DNA from: an uncultured Bacillales bacterium
GTDB taxonomy: Bacteria > Bacillota_I > Bacilli_A > RFN20 > CAG-826
DNA length: 64,000 nt
Direction of reading: 5' to 3'
Assembly: GCA_946414655.1 (NCBI GenBank)
Contig: CAMKPL010000001.1
Location: 47,081 to 111,080, forward strand
This document shows, piece after piece, positions 37,400 to 46,821 of this stretch (its first letter is position 1; every line of letters begins with the position of its first letter). Under the pieces are notes generated by a model. That model searched no databases. It was not told the origin of the DNA and saw nothing but the letters and a program-made list of their open reading frames with translations. The translations under genes and the position numbers were made by a program.

Positions 37400-38353
37400 A
37401 TGAAAAAAATATTTCTACCATTATTATTTTGTTTAACCCTTGTTTCCTGTTCTAGTCGAATGGTTGAAAATAAGGATTTTTTCTATGCATACGACACATA
37501 TGTTGATATTAAAACTTATCAAGGTTCTGCAGAAGATATCCAAGAATTGCGTGGAATTTTAGAAACATTTAGTAAGGAAACAAACAACTATCAAACAAGC
37601 GATATTAATAGTGTTTCAACAATCAATGGAAGTAATTCTGAAATCCCGGTTGGCGATAACCTCTATGGTTGTTTAAAACAAGCAGACGCGTTAACTCAAG
37701 AACTTGATACCTATTTTTCCATGTATATTGGTTCTCTATCAAAAATATGGAAAGAAACTTTATCAACAGGAATTCTACCTGACACTACAACAATAGATGC
37801 TGAATTAACCAAAGCAAGAAACACATCTTTAACATTTGATGATGTAAATCAAAAAGTAACTAGAACCGGATCGGGCGAGATTGATTTGGGCGCAATTGCA
37901 AAGGGTTATGCGTTAGATATTGCTAAGAATCATTTTAAAAACAAGAACATTTCTAATTACATTGTTGATGCGGGATCATCAAGTATTCTTCTTGGTGAAA
38001 AAGTTACAGACGACGGTTTATTTACAATCAAGATTAAAAACTTATCTGAAACATACATAAAAGCTAAAAATGTTTGTATCTCAACATCTTCTATTTCGGA
38101 ACAATACAAAGTAATTGATGGTGTTCGCTACTCGCACATCGTCTCTCCAGAAAACGGGGATGCAAGGCCGATAAATGAAGCTGTTATTGTTCTATCTGAA
38201 CAAGGCGCTTTAGGCGATGCCTTATCAACATCAATGATGATGATGTCCACCACCGAAGTTGTTTCCATTGAAAATGAATTCCACGTGAAAGCTCTTGTGA
38301 TTCGTGATCGCAAAATTGAATACGTTAATAAAGATATTGAACTATTTCACTAA
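37400..38353 (+). CDS. apbE: FAD:protein FMN transferase (ApbE/FmnB) lipoprotein
   Basis: Lipobox LVSC, IDLGAIAKGY, STS, YSHIVSP, DALST. Confidence 0.92.
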   Translation: MKKIFLPLLFCLTLVSCSSRMVENKDFFYAYDTYVDIKTYQGSAEDIQELRGILETFSKETNNYQTSDINSVSTINGSNSEIPVGDNLYGCLKQADALTQELDTYFSMYIGSLSKIWKETLSTGILPDTTTIDAELTKARNTSLTFDDVNQKVTRTGSGEIDLGAIAKGYALDIAKNHFKNKNISNYIVDAGSSSILLGEKVTDDGLFTIKIKNLSETYIKAKNVCISTSSISEQYKVIDGVRYSHIVSPENGDARPINEAVIVLSEQGALGDALSTSMMMMSTTEVVSIENEFHVKALVIRDRKIEYVNKDIELFH

Positions 38354-38727
38354 TGGATAAAAAGAAATTAAGGAACGATCTTTTATTAATTGTGTCGCTA
38401 CTTGTAGCGGCTATTATTGCTTTAATTGTTATTTTAACAAGAAAAACAGATAAACCTTTAGTCGCAAGGGTTTATGTTTCTGATGCGATTGTTGAAACAA
38501 TCGATCTTTCCGATAAAACGGAACGAGATTACACAATTAAGGGTAAGAACGGCGAATTGGTCATTCATGTTCATGATGGAAAGATCAAAGTCAGTAAATC
38601 AAACTGCCCACACCAAGACTGTGTTAACCAGGGTGAAGTTAGTGACATTAATCACCCAATCATTTGTGCGTATAACGAGGTTTATATCGTAATTAATGGC
38701 GATGCCAATTATGACGTGGAGATTTAA
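38353..38727 (+). CDS. NusG domain II-containing (DUF1312, EetA-like) membrane protein
   Basis: TM, then SNCPHQDCV..G......IICAYN. Confidence 0.85.
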   Translation: MDKKKLRNDLLLIVSLLVAAIIALIVILTRKTDKPLVARVYVSDAIVETIDLSDKTERDYTIKGKNGELVIHVHDGKIKVSKSNCPHQDCVNQGEVSDINHPIICAYNEVYIVINGDANYDVEI

Positions 38728-39263
38728 TGATGAAAGAATCAAAATTTAACGTTCATAAAATGACTGTTCTAGCAATACTAACAGCTGGAGCAATTGTTAT
38801 TGGCATTTTAGAATCGCTCATTCCATCAATTGGAATACCAGGGGTTAAACTAGGACTTTCTAATATCGTCATTTTAGTTGTTCTTTATGAGTTAGGAATC
38901 TGGGAAGCACTACTAGTTAGTCTGTCTAGAGTTCTAATTGTTTCACTTGTGAGAGGAACATTCCTTTCGATGGGTTTTGTGATGTCACTAAGTGGGGCTC
39001 TACTTTCTCTTGGCATGATGATTCTTTTCTTCTTACTCATTAGAAAGTTCTCCATTATAGGTATAAGTGTTATTGGCGCATTATTCCATGTCTTTGGTCA
39101 GATTGCTGTAGCAATGATTTATTTATCTACTACTTATGTCCTTTACTATCTACCAATTATTGCTTTATCAGCAATCATTACTGGTGTTATTGTTGGGGTT
39201 TCCGCTCAACTAATAATTAATACAAAAGTCATATCAAAACAAAAAGAAAAATATAAATTTTAA
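38727..39263 (+). CDS. Gx transporter / heptaprenyl-PP synthase component I family (EetB-like)
   Basis: ESLIP...PGVKLGLSNI, SVIGALFHVFGQ. Confidence 0.88.
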   Translation: MMKESKFNVHKMTVLAILTAGAIVIGILESLIPSIGIPGVKLGLSNIVILVVLYELGIWEALLVSLSRVLIVSLVRGTFLSMGFVMSLSGALLSLGMMILFFLLIRKFSIIGISVIGALFHVFGQIAVAMIYLSTTYVLYYLPIIALSAIITGVIVGVSAQLIINTKVISKQKEKYKF

Positions 39264-39288
39264 CCAAGAAATGCTGGTGATTTAAAAT

Positions 39289-39315
39289 AAAAACAGAGGA
39301 TTAGCTCTGTTTTTT
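39289..39315. terminator. Bidirectional terminator
   Basis: AAAACAGAG-N6-CTCTGTTTTT between convergent genes. Confidence 0.75.
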
Positions 39316-40090
39316 ATCCAAGTAGAATTTCTAGAATCATCATAATGATGAATCCAACGGTAAATCCAATTGTGCCAAGATTGGAGTGCCCATCCTGGCT
39401 GGCTTCAGGAATCAATTCTTCAACAACGACGTAAACCATCACGCCTGCAGCAAACGCCAAAGTGTATGGAAGAATAACAACAATTAATGATGTTAATCCA
39501 AGAGCGATTAATGAAGCGATTGGTTCAACAACACCAGATAATGTTCCTAATCCAAACGCTTTCCATTTCGACATACCTTCTTCTTTTAAAGGTAAAGAGA
39601 CAATCATTCCTTCAGGTAAATTTTGAATCGCGATACCAATTGCTAATACAAGCATTGCTTGTTCATTAATATTACCATTCATCATTCCTGCAACGACAAC
39701 ACCAACAGCTAAACCTTCAGGAATATTGTGAAGCGTCACAGCTAAAAAGAATTTGAATGTTCTAGAAAGTTTTGGTCTTTTGACACCTTCTTCAGATCCG
39801 TGTAAATGGATATGAGGAATAAGGTAATCCAAAAGAAGCATAAATCCAACACCAAGAAGAAAACCAATAGCCGGAACAAACCATTTACGGAAGTCACCCT
39901 CTCCATAAGATTCAATTGCTGGTGAAAGTAAAGACCAAAAAGCAGCAGCAATCATTACGCCACTAGCAAATCCCATTAAAGCTTTTTGGATTTTTGGGTT
40001 TAATTCTTTCTTTAGAAAGAAAACCATAGCACTACCCAAGGCAGTACCAACAAGGGGAATGAATAAAGATAAGATTACAATAAACGACAT
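39314..40090 (-). CDS. ZIP (GufA/ZupT) family metal transporter
   Basis: FASGVM, TLHNIPEG, IAIQNLPEG, SGVVEP, EELIPE. Confidence 0.92.
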   Translation of the reverse strand: MSFIVILSLFIPLVGTALGSAMVFFLKKELNPKIQKALMGFASGVMIAAAFWSLLSPAIESYGEGDFRKWFVPAIGFLLGVGFMLLLDYLIPHIHLHGSEEGVKRPKLSRTFKFFLAVTLHNIPEGLAVGVVVAGMMNGNINEQAMLVLAIGIAIQNLPEGMIVSLPLKEEGMSKWKAFGLGTLSGVVEPIASLIALGLTSLIVVILPYTLAFAAGVMVYVVVEELIPEASQDGHSNLGTIGFTVGFIIMMILEILLG

Positions 40091-40151
40091 TTCAGTATGC
40101 TTTCCGTAGAGAGTTTAACACTTTATATGTGTTAAGCAAGGAAAATAAGAT

Positions 40152-40388
40152 TTATTTTGTTTTCTTTAAAACTTCATCAATCCAGTGATTAAAACAAAGC
40201 GAAATTAAAATACCAATGAAGATAACACTTCCTCCAGAAGTAAGAAGTGGTACAGCAACGCTGTAAATATCTAAAACAGTTAAAGGAATACCGGCAACAA
40301 GAGCTAAAAAACCAATCGCAAAAATAACAACAACAACATTTTTTAGTCTTGTAGCGATTTGTAAACTTCTTTTCTCTTGATCACTCAT
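40152..40388 (-). CDS. Small two-TM hypothetical protein
   Basis: 78-aa ORF with two hydrophobic segments, overlapping the upstream gene. Confidence 0.6.
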   Translation of the reverse strand: MSDQEKRSLQIATRLKNVVVVIFAIGFLALVAGIPLTVLDIYSVAVPLLTSGGSVIFIGILISLCFNHWIDEVLKKTK

Positions 40389-40965
40389 GTTGTTCTTTCC
40401 TTTTTCTTAATACTCGAATAAGTGTTTTATTATCTTCGCTATATTCTTTGGATAATAAATGAATTAGATTCATTTCGATTGATCCATATAAAGCGAAACA
40501 TCCAAAGAAGATTTCGTATGAGTTATATAACCAATAGATTTCTCCAATGAATGTGTATGGGAATAAGAATACTGTAGCTGACATTAATTTGTTCATGTAA
40601 GTATGAACAGAACTAAAGCATCGGAATTTAACAAAGCACACTACATAGGCAACCATATGTAATGTGAATGGAATAAGAATAATGACCCAGTTCCACCACT
40701 CTAAAATGCCTAATAGATATGGAAGAATACGAATAGCCATAATTAATTGAAGAGCCCAGTCAGCAACGCTATCGATTACAGATCCGATTCGTGATTCGAG
40801 ATGAAATCGTCGTGCGATGAAACCATCTAAAGGATCCGTTAACCCAGCAATTCCATAAACAATAAAGAACGCTAGACTCATTGGTTCAATAAAAATGATT
40901 GCAATAGCAAGAAGAATTCTTATTGAAGAGAGAATATTTGGAGTCTGACTAAAAATCTTTTTCAT
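40381..40965 (-). CDS. CDP-alcohol phosphatidyltransferase family protein
   Basis: PNILSSIR, TDPLDGFIARR....S.IGSVIDSVAD. Confidence 0.88.
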   Translation of the reverse strand: MKKIFSQTPNILSSIRILLAIAIIFIEPMSLAFFIVYGIAGLTDPLDGFIARRFHLESRIGSVIDSVADWALQLIMAIRILPYLLGILEWWNWVIILIPFTLHMVAYVVCFVKFRCFSSVHTYMNKLMSATVFLFPYTFIGEIYWLYNSYEIFFGCFALYGSIEMNLIHLLSKEYSEDNKTLIRVLRKRKEQHE

Positions 40966-41349
40966 TAACAGTGCTTCATAATTATTAAACAAAAAAATAT
41001 TTTTTTAAATATTTGTCTAAGTAATTATTATAAATTGTCAATCAAAGCAAAGTAAAAAGTGGGACAAGTCTCCTCTTATTTCTGTAATGAATCGCAAGTT
41101 TCTTTTACGAGTTTTTGAAGTTCCTCTTTGATATTGAAGTCGATGTGTCTCAATCAATGTTGCTTTAATATATCTTTCCTGAAAGACTTTTCGATGTTCT
41201 TTAATTAACTTAGTAATAGTTCCTTTACATACAAGCATTTATTTAACCAGTTATCATAAAAGATTCACGATTCATTGAAAAATTTTGATAATTATCCAAA
41301 TTTTGCTGGTAATTTTGCAAAATTCTCAAATATTTTAATTTAACAAAAA

Positions 41350-41371
41350 GAAAAAACTCCACGAAGGAGTT
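41350..41371 (-). terminator. Terminator after the tRNA cluster
   Basis: AACTCC-N5-GGAGTT with T-run on the minus strand. Confidence 0.7.
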
Positions 41372-41376
41372 ATCTT

Positions 41377-41461
41377 TGGTGGAGATAACAGGACTTGAAC
41401 CTGCACGGGTCGCCCCACTAGATCCTAAGTCTAGCGCGTCTGCCAGTTTCGCCATATCTCC
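41377..41461 (-). tRNA. tRNA-Leu (TAG)
   Basis: Acceptor GGAGATA/TATCTCC, anticodon loop CTTAGGA, long variable arm, GGTTCAAGT, CCA encoded. Confidence 0.95.
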
Positions 41462-41537
41462 AAGTGAGCGATATTATAACACACTTAATTACTTTTTGAA
41501 TAAAAAGAAAAACGGCTCTTTCGAACCGTTATTTCGG

Positions 41538-41610
41538 TGCCTTCTATCGGACTTGAACCAACAACCTACCGCTTACAAGGCGGTTGCTCTGCCAATTGAG
41601 CTAAGAAGGC
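41538..41610 (-). tRNA. tRNA-Thr (TGT)
   Basis: GCCTTCT/AGAAGGC, loop CTTGTAA; followed by ACCG rather than ACCA. Confidence 0.93.
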
Positions 41611-41614
41611 AATG

Positions 41615-41690
41615 TGGTGGGCGCTACTGGTCTCGAACCAGCGACCTCTTCCGTGTGAAGGAAACGCTCTCCCAGCTGAGCTAAGTGCCC
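41615..41690 (-). tRNA. tRNA-Val (CAC)
   Basis: Anticodon arm TTTCC-TTCACAC-GGAAG, GGTTCGAG, CCA; one A.C mismatch in the acceptor stem. Confidence 0.9.
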
Positions 41691-41775
41691 ATTTTGGGAG
41701 TATTTAACGACATTGTCGTTAAGGGTCTCCCTAATAAAATTGCCCGTTGAAGTTTGGGCAACCTTGAATGTAGTT

Positions 41776-41852
<77 letters not shown>

Positions 41853-41953
41853 AAATTTTCTATCGCGCTCTTCAGCGCTTAAATAATATACATTTATTTT
41901 TCTGATAGTTCAAGTCTATTTTCTATGAAAATCTATCGTCTTATTTAGAAATG

Positions 41954-41985
41954 AAAAATGCGTACGCAGGAGCGCACGCATTTTT
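41954..41985 (-). terminator. Terminator after rpsI
   Basis: AAAAATGCGT...ACGCATTTTT. Confidence 0.8.
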
Positions 41986-42000
41986 ATAGACAACAATGAA

Positions 42001-42393
42001 TTAACGTTTGGAGAATTGTGGAGCACGACGAGCGGCTTTAAGACCGTATTTCTTACGTTCTTTAGCACGGGCGTCACGAGTGAGCATACCAGCAACTTTT
42101 AAAGTCTTGCGATCAACACCGGCCTCTAAAAGAGCACGGGCGATACCAAGACGGATAGCACCAGCTTGTCCACTAAAGCCACCACCTTCGACGAATGCTT
42201 CAACATCAAATTTTGCTTTTGTACCAGTTAGTTCAAGAGGTTGGGAGAGGTCCATCACTAAAGTGGCATATGGCATATATTTTTCAACGGCTTCGCCATT
42301 AACAATAATTTTGCCTTTACCAGCTTTGATATAGACTCTAGCAACGGATGATTTACGTCTTCCGGTACCATAGTATTTCTTTGCTTCTGCCAT
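42001..42393 (-). CDS. rpsI: 30S ribosomal protein S9
   Basis: [43 protein letters not shown]. Confidence 0.99.
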   Translation of the reverse strand: MAEAKKYYGTGRRKSSVARVYIKAGKGKIIVNGEAVEKYMPYATLVMDLSQPLELTGTKAKFDVEAFVEGGGFSGQAGAIRLGIARALLEAGVDRKTLKVAGMLTRDARAKERKKYGLKAARRAPQFSKR

Positions 42394-42407
42394 AGTAACT
42401 TATCTCC

Positions 42408-42851
42408 TTACTTCTTCCACACGAGCACTTCTGGTTTTTGGGCTTCGTGTTGGTGTTCAGCACCTTTGTAAACAAAGAGCTTTTTGAAAATTTGACGGCC
42501 TAATGGGCCTTTTGGTAGCATTCCCCAGATGGAGCGTTCAACCATTTCTTCAGGATAACGTTCAATCATCTCACCAGCAGTTCTGGTGCGAAGACCACCG
42601 TTATATCCAGACACATTGTAGTACTTTTTATTTTGTAATTTATTTTTTCCAGAAAGAGCAACCTTTTCGGCGTTGATAATAATGACGTAATCACCGCAAT
42701 CGACATGTGGAGTGTAGATTGGTTTGTCCTTACCCATTAATTTCACAGCGACAAAGGAGGCAAGACGACCATATGGAATGCCTGTTGCATCAATGACATA
42801 CCATTTACGTTCGATCTTTTCTGGTTTTGCGATCGTTGTTTGACGTTGCAT
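42408..42851 (-). CDS. rplM: 50S ribosomal protein L13
   Basis: WYVIDA...[24 protein letters not shown]; start 42851 (GGAGG RBS). Confidence 0.98.
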   Translation of the reverse strand: MQRQTTIAKPEKIERKWYVIDATGIPYGRLASFVAVKLMGKDKPIYTPHVDCGDYVIIINAEKVALSGKNKLQNKKYYNVSGYNGGLRTRTAGEMIERYPEEMVERSIWGMLPKGPLGRQIFKKLFVYKGAEHQHEAQKPEVLVWKK

Positions 42852-42875
42852 TTTTAGTACCTCCAATTCATTCAA

Positions 42876-42902
42876 GCAATAATCTTACCGGGACTATTGA
42901 TT
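42876..42902 (-). promoter_or_regulatory. Probable L13-leader-type autoregulatory hairpin
   Basis: CAATAGT-CCCGGTAAG-ATTATTG hairpin just 5' of the rplM RBS, resembling the CCCGG-loop leader of low-GC Gram-positives. Confidence 0.45.
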
Positions 42903-43037
42903 TGTTGTGCGAGCAAAAGTATACATTTTATATTTATATAAGTCAAAAAATATTTTAGAAACTGAATTTTCTTTTAGAGAATTCAAGGATAAATCATCAC
43001 GAATTACGTAAATAAATCATGGTCATTTTTAAAAAAG

Positions 43038-43064
43038 AAAATGACGCGGTTTTTGCGTCATTTT
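43038..43064 (-). terminator. Intrinsic terminator
   Basis: AAAATGACGC-N7-GCGTCATTTT. Confidence 0.75.
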
Positions 43065-43085
43065 ATCTAGGTTTTACAGGTGATT

Positions 43086-43505
43086 TTAGATTTTAAACAC
43101 GTTTAATCCGGTTGTTAAGTCTTTCTTACGATTAATCTCAGATTGGGTTAGTCCAATCACACCTTCAAATGTTCCCGAAATACGACAATATGAGAGGTGT
43201 CCTCCATAAACATTAAAGTCTTTATCTCCAAAGTTCATATGAAGATGAAGATAGGGCTCTCCGTCCTTTCTAGAAACATTTCCAACGCAGGAGATAATTT
43301 CGAAATCTCCTTCGAAACGCTTTGATAGATACTGCTGTTTTTCAACTTCGTATAAACCAACTTCGACGATGTCGGCTGCTCCGATAGCAGTAATAAAACC
43401 GCCTTTGAGATTTTCGTCTTTAATAATTTTTAAAAACGAAGACATAACTTCGTCTCCACGATCAAGACGGACAATAATTTTTCCGGGCTCTTTTTTGTAT
43501 TCCAT
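43086..43505 (-). CDS. PPC/DUF296 domain protein
   Basis: RLDRGDEV, AIGA, EIISCVGN, HLHMNF, GGHL. Confidence 0.9.
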   Translation of the reverse strand: MEYKKEPGKIIVRLDRGDEVMSSFLKIIKDENLKGGFITAIGAADIVEVGLYEVEKQQYLSKRFEGDFEIISCVGNVSRKDGEPYLHLHMNFGDKDFNVYGGHLSYCRISGTFEGVIGLTQSEINRKKDLTTGLNVFKI

Positions 43506-43535
43506 AATAAAGAAAAAGAGAAGATAAATCTTCTC

Positions 43536-44243
43536 TTATAACTCAACGTTGTGCGCCACGTTTTGAACATCTTCGAGTTCATCGAGCGCATCAATTAATT
43601 CTTCGAATTTTCGTTTGTCTTCTGGATCTTCAATGGTCATCCATTCGTTTGGTTCCATACGGACTTCGGCTTCTTCGAATTCGGTAATGCCCATTTCACC
43701 GAGAACTTCTTTTGCTTTTGCAAATGATTCTGGTGTGACATAGACATAGATTGTGTCTTCATCTAATTCAACTTCTTGGACATCGACATCGCCAAGGATT
43801 AAGGCTTCTTCGACTTCATCGCGGTTTGTTCCTTTGAATGCCAGAACACCAAGTTGTGTGAAGTTGAAGATGACGCTTCCTAAGTGTCCACCCTTACGGA
43901 TAACATTTGTACGAACTTCAACAAGAGCACGATTTGGATTATCAGTTAATGTATCAATGATGAGGTAAGAATTACCTGGACCAAAGGCTTCGTATCTTCC
44001 TTCGACGTAAGCAACTTGGTCGCCACCTTGTGCTTTCTTAATAGCGCGATCGAATACGTCACGTGGGACGGATTTACCACGATATTTTTCATAAACAGCT
44101 CTTAATGCAAGGTTTGTTTTTGGATCTGGAGAACCTTGCTTGGCGGCCATATATGCTTCTTTAGAAGCACGAGCGTATAATGCTGATTTAATTTTTCCAG
44201 TACGAGCCATTGCTGCGGCACGAACTTCATGATGTCTACCCAT
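43536..44243 (-). CDS. YebC/PmpR family protein
   Basis: DPKTNLALR, DRAIKKA, YEAFGPG, TDNPNR, LDELEDVQNV.HN. Confidence 0.93.
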   Translation of the reverse strand: MGRHHEVRAAAMARTGKIKSALYARASKEAYMAAKQGSPDPKTNLALRAVYEKYRGKSVPRDVFDRAIKKAQGGDQVAYVEGRYEAFGPGNSYLIIDTLTDNPNRALVEVRTNVIRKGGHLGSVIFNFTQLGVLAFKGTNRDEVEEALILGDVDVQEVELDEDTIYVYVTPESFAKAKEVLGEMGITEFEEAEVRMEPNEWMTIEDPEDKRKFEELIDALDELEDVQNVAHNVEL

Positions 44244-44309
44244 AAGTAATTATCTCCTTTGGCGTTAATTATTATATGCCTATTGGTGTATTTTTCAAAG
44301 AAAAGTCAC

Positions 44310-45038
44310 CTAATATTTCACTTCAACAAGGAACAAGCCCTTGCCTTCTGCTTTATATGAAACAACTTTCCTGGTTGTTGTCTCCATTAACTTTTGAACT
44401 TCACTAATGGTTAACTTCCCTTTTCCAACTTGGATTAAAGTTCCGACAAGGAAGCGGACCATGTATCTCATAAAACCGTTTCCAGTAAATTGAATGCGAA
44501 GGTGTTTGTTCTCTAAAATAAATTTGATTTCATAAATGGTTCGAACAAAGTTATTTTGATCTTCCTCTTTTGTTGTGAAGTTTCTAAAACAATGTTCTCC
44601 AACAAAGATTTTTGAACACTTTTTCATTTCTTCAATATCTAAAGGTAAGTCGACGTGCTCTTCATATTTGTAATCGAACGCACTTTCTTCTTTAAGATTG
44701 ATTCGATATTCATATGTTTTTTGTTTGGCACTTAATCTAGCGTGAAAATCATCTGGAACGACTCGTAAAGACTTGATGCGAACATCTTTTGGAAGGACGC
44801 AATTGATTGAATAACGGAATTTTTCTAAATCGCGTTCCTCATCAATATCAAAATGGAACGTTTGACCAAGGGCGTGGACTTCAGCATCAGTTCTTCCACT
44901 ACCAAAAATGTGTGTTTCAGTGTTGCGAATTCTCGAAATCGCGTTTCCAATGGTTTCTTGAACACTAATTTCGTTTGGTTGATATTGCCACCCAGCATAA
45001 GAGGTTCCGTCGTATTCACAAACAGCTAATAATCTCAT
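44310..45038 (-). CDS. truA: tRNA pseudouridine(38-40) synthase
   Basis: EYDGTSYAGWQ, GRTDAEVHA, FHAR, GFMRYMVR. Confidence 0.96.
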   Translation of the reverse strand: MRLLAVCEYDGTSYAGWQYQPNEISVQETIGNAISRIRNTETHIFGSGRTDAEVHALGQTFHFDIDEERDLEKFRYSINCVLPKDVRIKSLRVVPDDFHARLSAKQKTYEYRINLKEESAFDYKYEEHVDLPLDIEEMKKCSKIFVGEHCFRNFTTKEEDQNNFVRTIYEIKFILENKHLRIQFTGNGFMRYMVRFLVGTLIQVGKGKLTISEVQKLMETTTRKVVSYKAEGKGLFLVEVKY

Positions 45039-45964
45039 TTTTTATACCTCCTTGCGTTGGCGGCTCCAAGACCAAAAAGATAGAACAATACCAAGCAACA
45101 TCCGATAACCAACCATGGTACAAATAACGGTGTTTTGATGGTGAAATTCATAACAGAAAACACAATTGTTGCTGCCATAAACGCACCACAAAGAATAAAA
45201 ACAAATAAGTCATTTACCGAGAATCTTAATTTGTGATATGTTGTTCTTTTTGCTTTTGGATCATAACCACGAGCTTCCATACTATCAGCCAGTTCTTCTG
45301 CTCGTTGGAAACTTGCAATGAATAAAGGAATTATTAGTGAAATAATCGCTTTAAATCTTGATGAAATTTTTCCGTGTTTAAAGTCTACACCTCGGCTTGT
45401 TTGCGCCTTCATAATTCGTTCAACTTCATTTAGCAAAGTTGGAATAAAACGAAGGGCAATTGAAATGGTCATGGCGATTTCGTGGGTTGGGAATTTAATC
45501 ACTTTCAAAGGTTTCATAAACCACTCCAATGCATAGGTTAAATCAAGTGGTTTTGTCGATGTGGTAAGAATCATTGTTAGACTCACCATCAGGAATAATC
45601 TGATGATGATTTTTAGTGATTGGAAAATCGACTCCCAATAAATGTCTAGTGATCCAATAGAGAAGGCAATGATTTCGGCGTTATTTGGCTTAATAAGGAT
45701 GTTAATTAATAATAAGAAAATAATCAGGAACCACATCGCTCTTAAAGATTTAAATAAAAGCCTAAAGCTGGTGTTTGAAATAAGAGCAAGAAGGAAAATA
45801 AACAATCCCAAAATTCCTGCCATAATAAAGGTCATTTCCCACGTCGAATAGGAAATAAATATAGCAACCATTAATAAAATTAATGAAATAATCTTAACAC
45901 GAGGGTCGAGGCTATGAATAAAGGTATCGCGAGGAACGTATCTTCCAAGAGTAATATTGCTCAT
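45035..45964 (-). CDS. ecfT: ECF transporter T component
   Basis: LDPRVK, IALRFIPTL, AQTSRG, AMEARGY-like SMEARGY. Confidence 0.95.
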   Translation of the reverse strand: MSNITLGRYVPRDTFIHSLDPRVKIISLILLMVAIFISYSTWEMTFIMAGILGLFIFLLALISNTSFRLLFKSLRAMWFLIIFLLLINILIKPNNAEIIAFSIGSLDIYWESIFQSLKIIIRLFLMVSLTMILTTSTKPLDLTYALEWFMKPLKVIKFPTHEIAMTISIALRFIPTLLNEVERIMKAQTSRGVDFKHGKISSRFKAIISLIIPLFIASFQRAEELADSMEARGYDPKAKRTTYHKLRFSVNDLFVFILCGAFMAATIVFSVMNFTIKTPLFVPWLVIGCCLVLFYLFGLGAANARRYKK

Positions 45965-46821
45965 TTTGAAGTCCTCCTCTGCTTAACAATCTCATCAACC
46001 AAATCATCAATAAAAGCAATCTTTTGAAGATCAAATTTATATCCTTTATTTTCCAAACCTTGAATAAGTTTTGTAACAAGTGGAGTCTCTAAAGAATATT
46101 CATCGACACTGCGATTAAAAAGTTCGTGTGGACCTCCTTGATAAACGACCTTTCCGTGGTCCATAACAATGACGTCTGAAGCATAGCCATAAACAAGATT
46201 CATATCGTGTGTCACAAGTACAACCGTTGTGCCCTGTTCATGAAGTTGTTTAAAGAGCAACATCATCTCTTTGACACCGCGCGGATCTAGTCCAACGGTT
46301 GGCTCGTCTAAAACAATAACTTCTGGCTGCATTGCCATAATACCAGCGATCGCTACACGACGCCGTTCACCGCCACTTAAATCAAATGGGGATTTTTTGA
46401 AGAACGATTCTCCAATGCCGACTTTGAGAAGACTTTCATGAGCAATTTTGAGTGCTTCTTCTTTCTTAACTCCAAAGTTCATCGGGCCAAAAGCAACATC
46501 TTCTTCAACAGTATTTTCAAACAATTGATATTCAGAGAATTGGAAGACAATTCCGACTTTTTGACGTAGAGGTTTTAATTTTTTTGTTCTTTCTTTTTTG
46601 TTGCTAGAAACAACGAAATCACCAGCAAAAACCGAACCTTTTGACGGAATAAGCAGTCCATTTAATTGTTGAATTAGCGTAGATTTTCCACATCCAGTGT
46701 GTCCAACTATACATGTGAAAGATTTTTCTTTAATCTCACAATCAATATCGTTCAGAGCCTGAAAAAGATATGGGGCTTTTGTTCCATAGAAGAAATCAAC
46801 GTGGTTAAACTTTAGCTTCAT
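45961..46821 (-). CDS. ecfA2: ECF transporter ATPase EcfA2
   Basis: GHTGCGKST, VFQFSEYQLF, LSGGERRR, LDEPT. Confidence 0.95.
   Translation of the reverse strand: MKLKFNHVDFFYGTKAPYLFQALNDIDCEIKEKSFTCIVGHTGCGKSTLIQQLNGLLIPSKGSVFAGDFVVSSNKKERTKKLKPLRQKVGIVFQFSEYQLFENTVEEDVAFGPMNFGVKKEEALKIAHESLLKVGIGESFFKKSPFDLSGGERRRVAIAGIMAMQPEVIVLDEPTVGLDPRGVKEMMLLFKQLHEQGTTVVLVTHDMNLVYGYASDVIVMDHGKVVYQGGPHELFNRSVDEYSLETPLVTKLIQGLENKGYKFDLQKIAFIDDLVDEIVKQRRTSK

Noticed and set aside
41311-41324. AATTTTGCAAAATT palindrome as a CodY box
   Set aside because: 14 bp rather than 15 bp, and such AT-rich matches are expected by chance here
41038-41340. 66-aa ORF and AT-rich DNA beside the tRNA-Leu 3' end as an integrated-element remnant
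   Set aside because: No SD, no recognisable motif, no integrase and no duplicated tRNA 3' end seen
41243-41684. ORFs overlapping the tRNA cluster
   Set aside because: Spurious translations of tRNA genes
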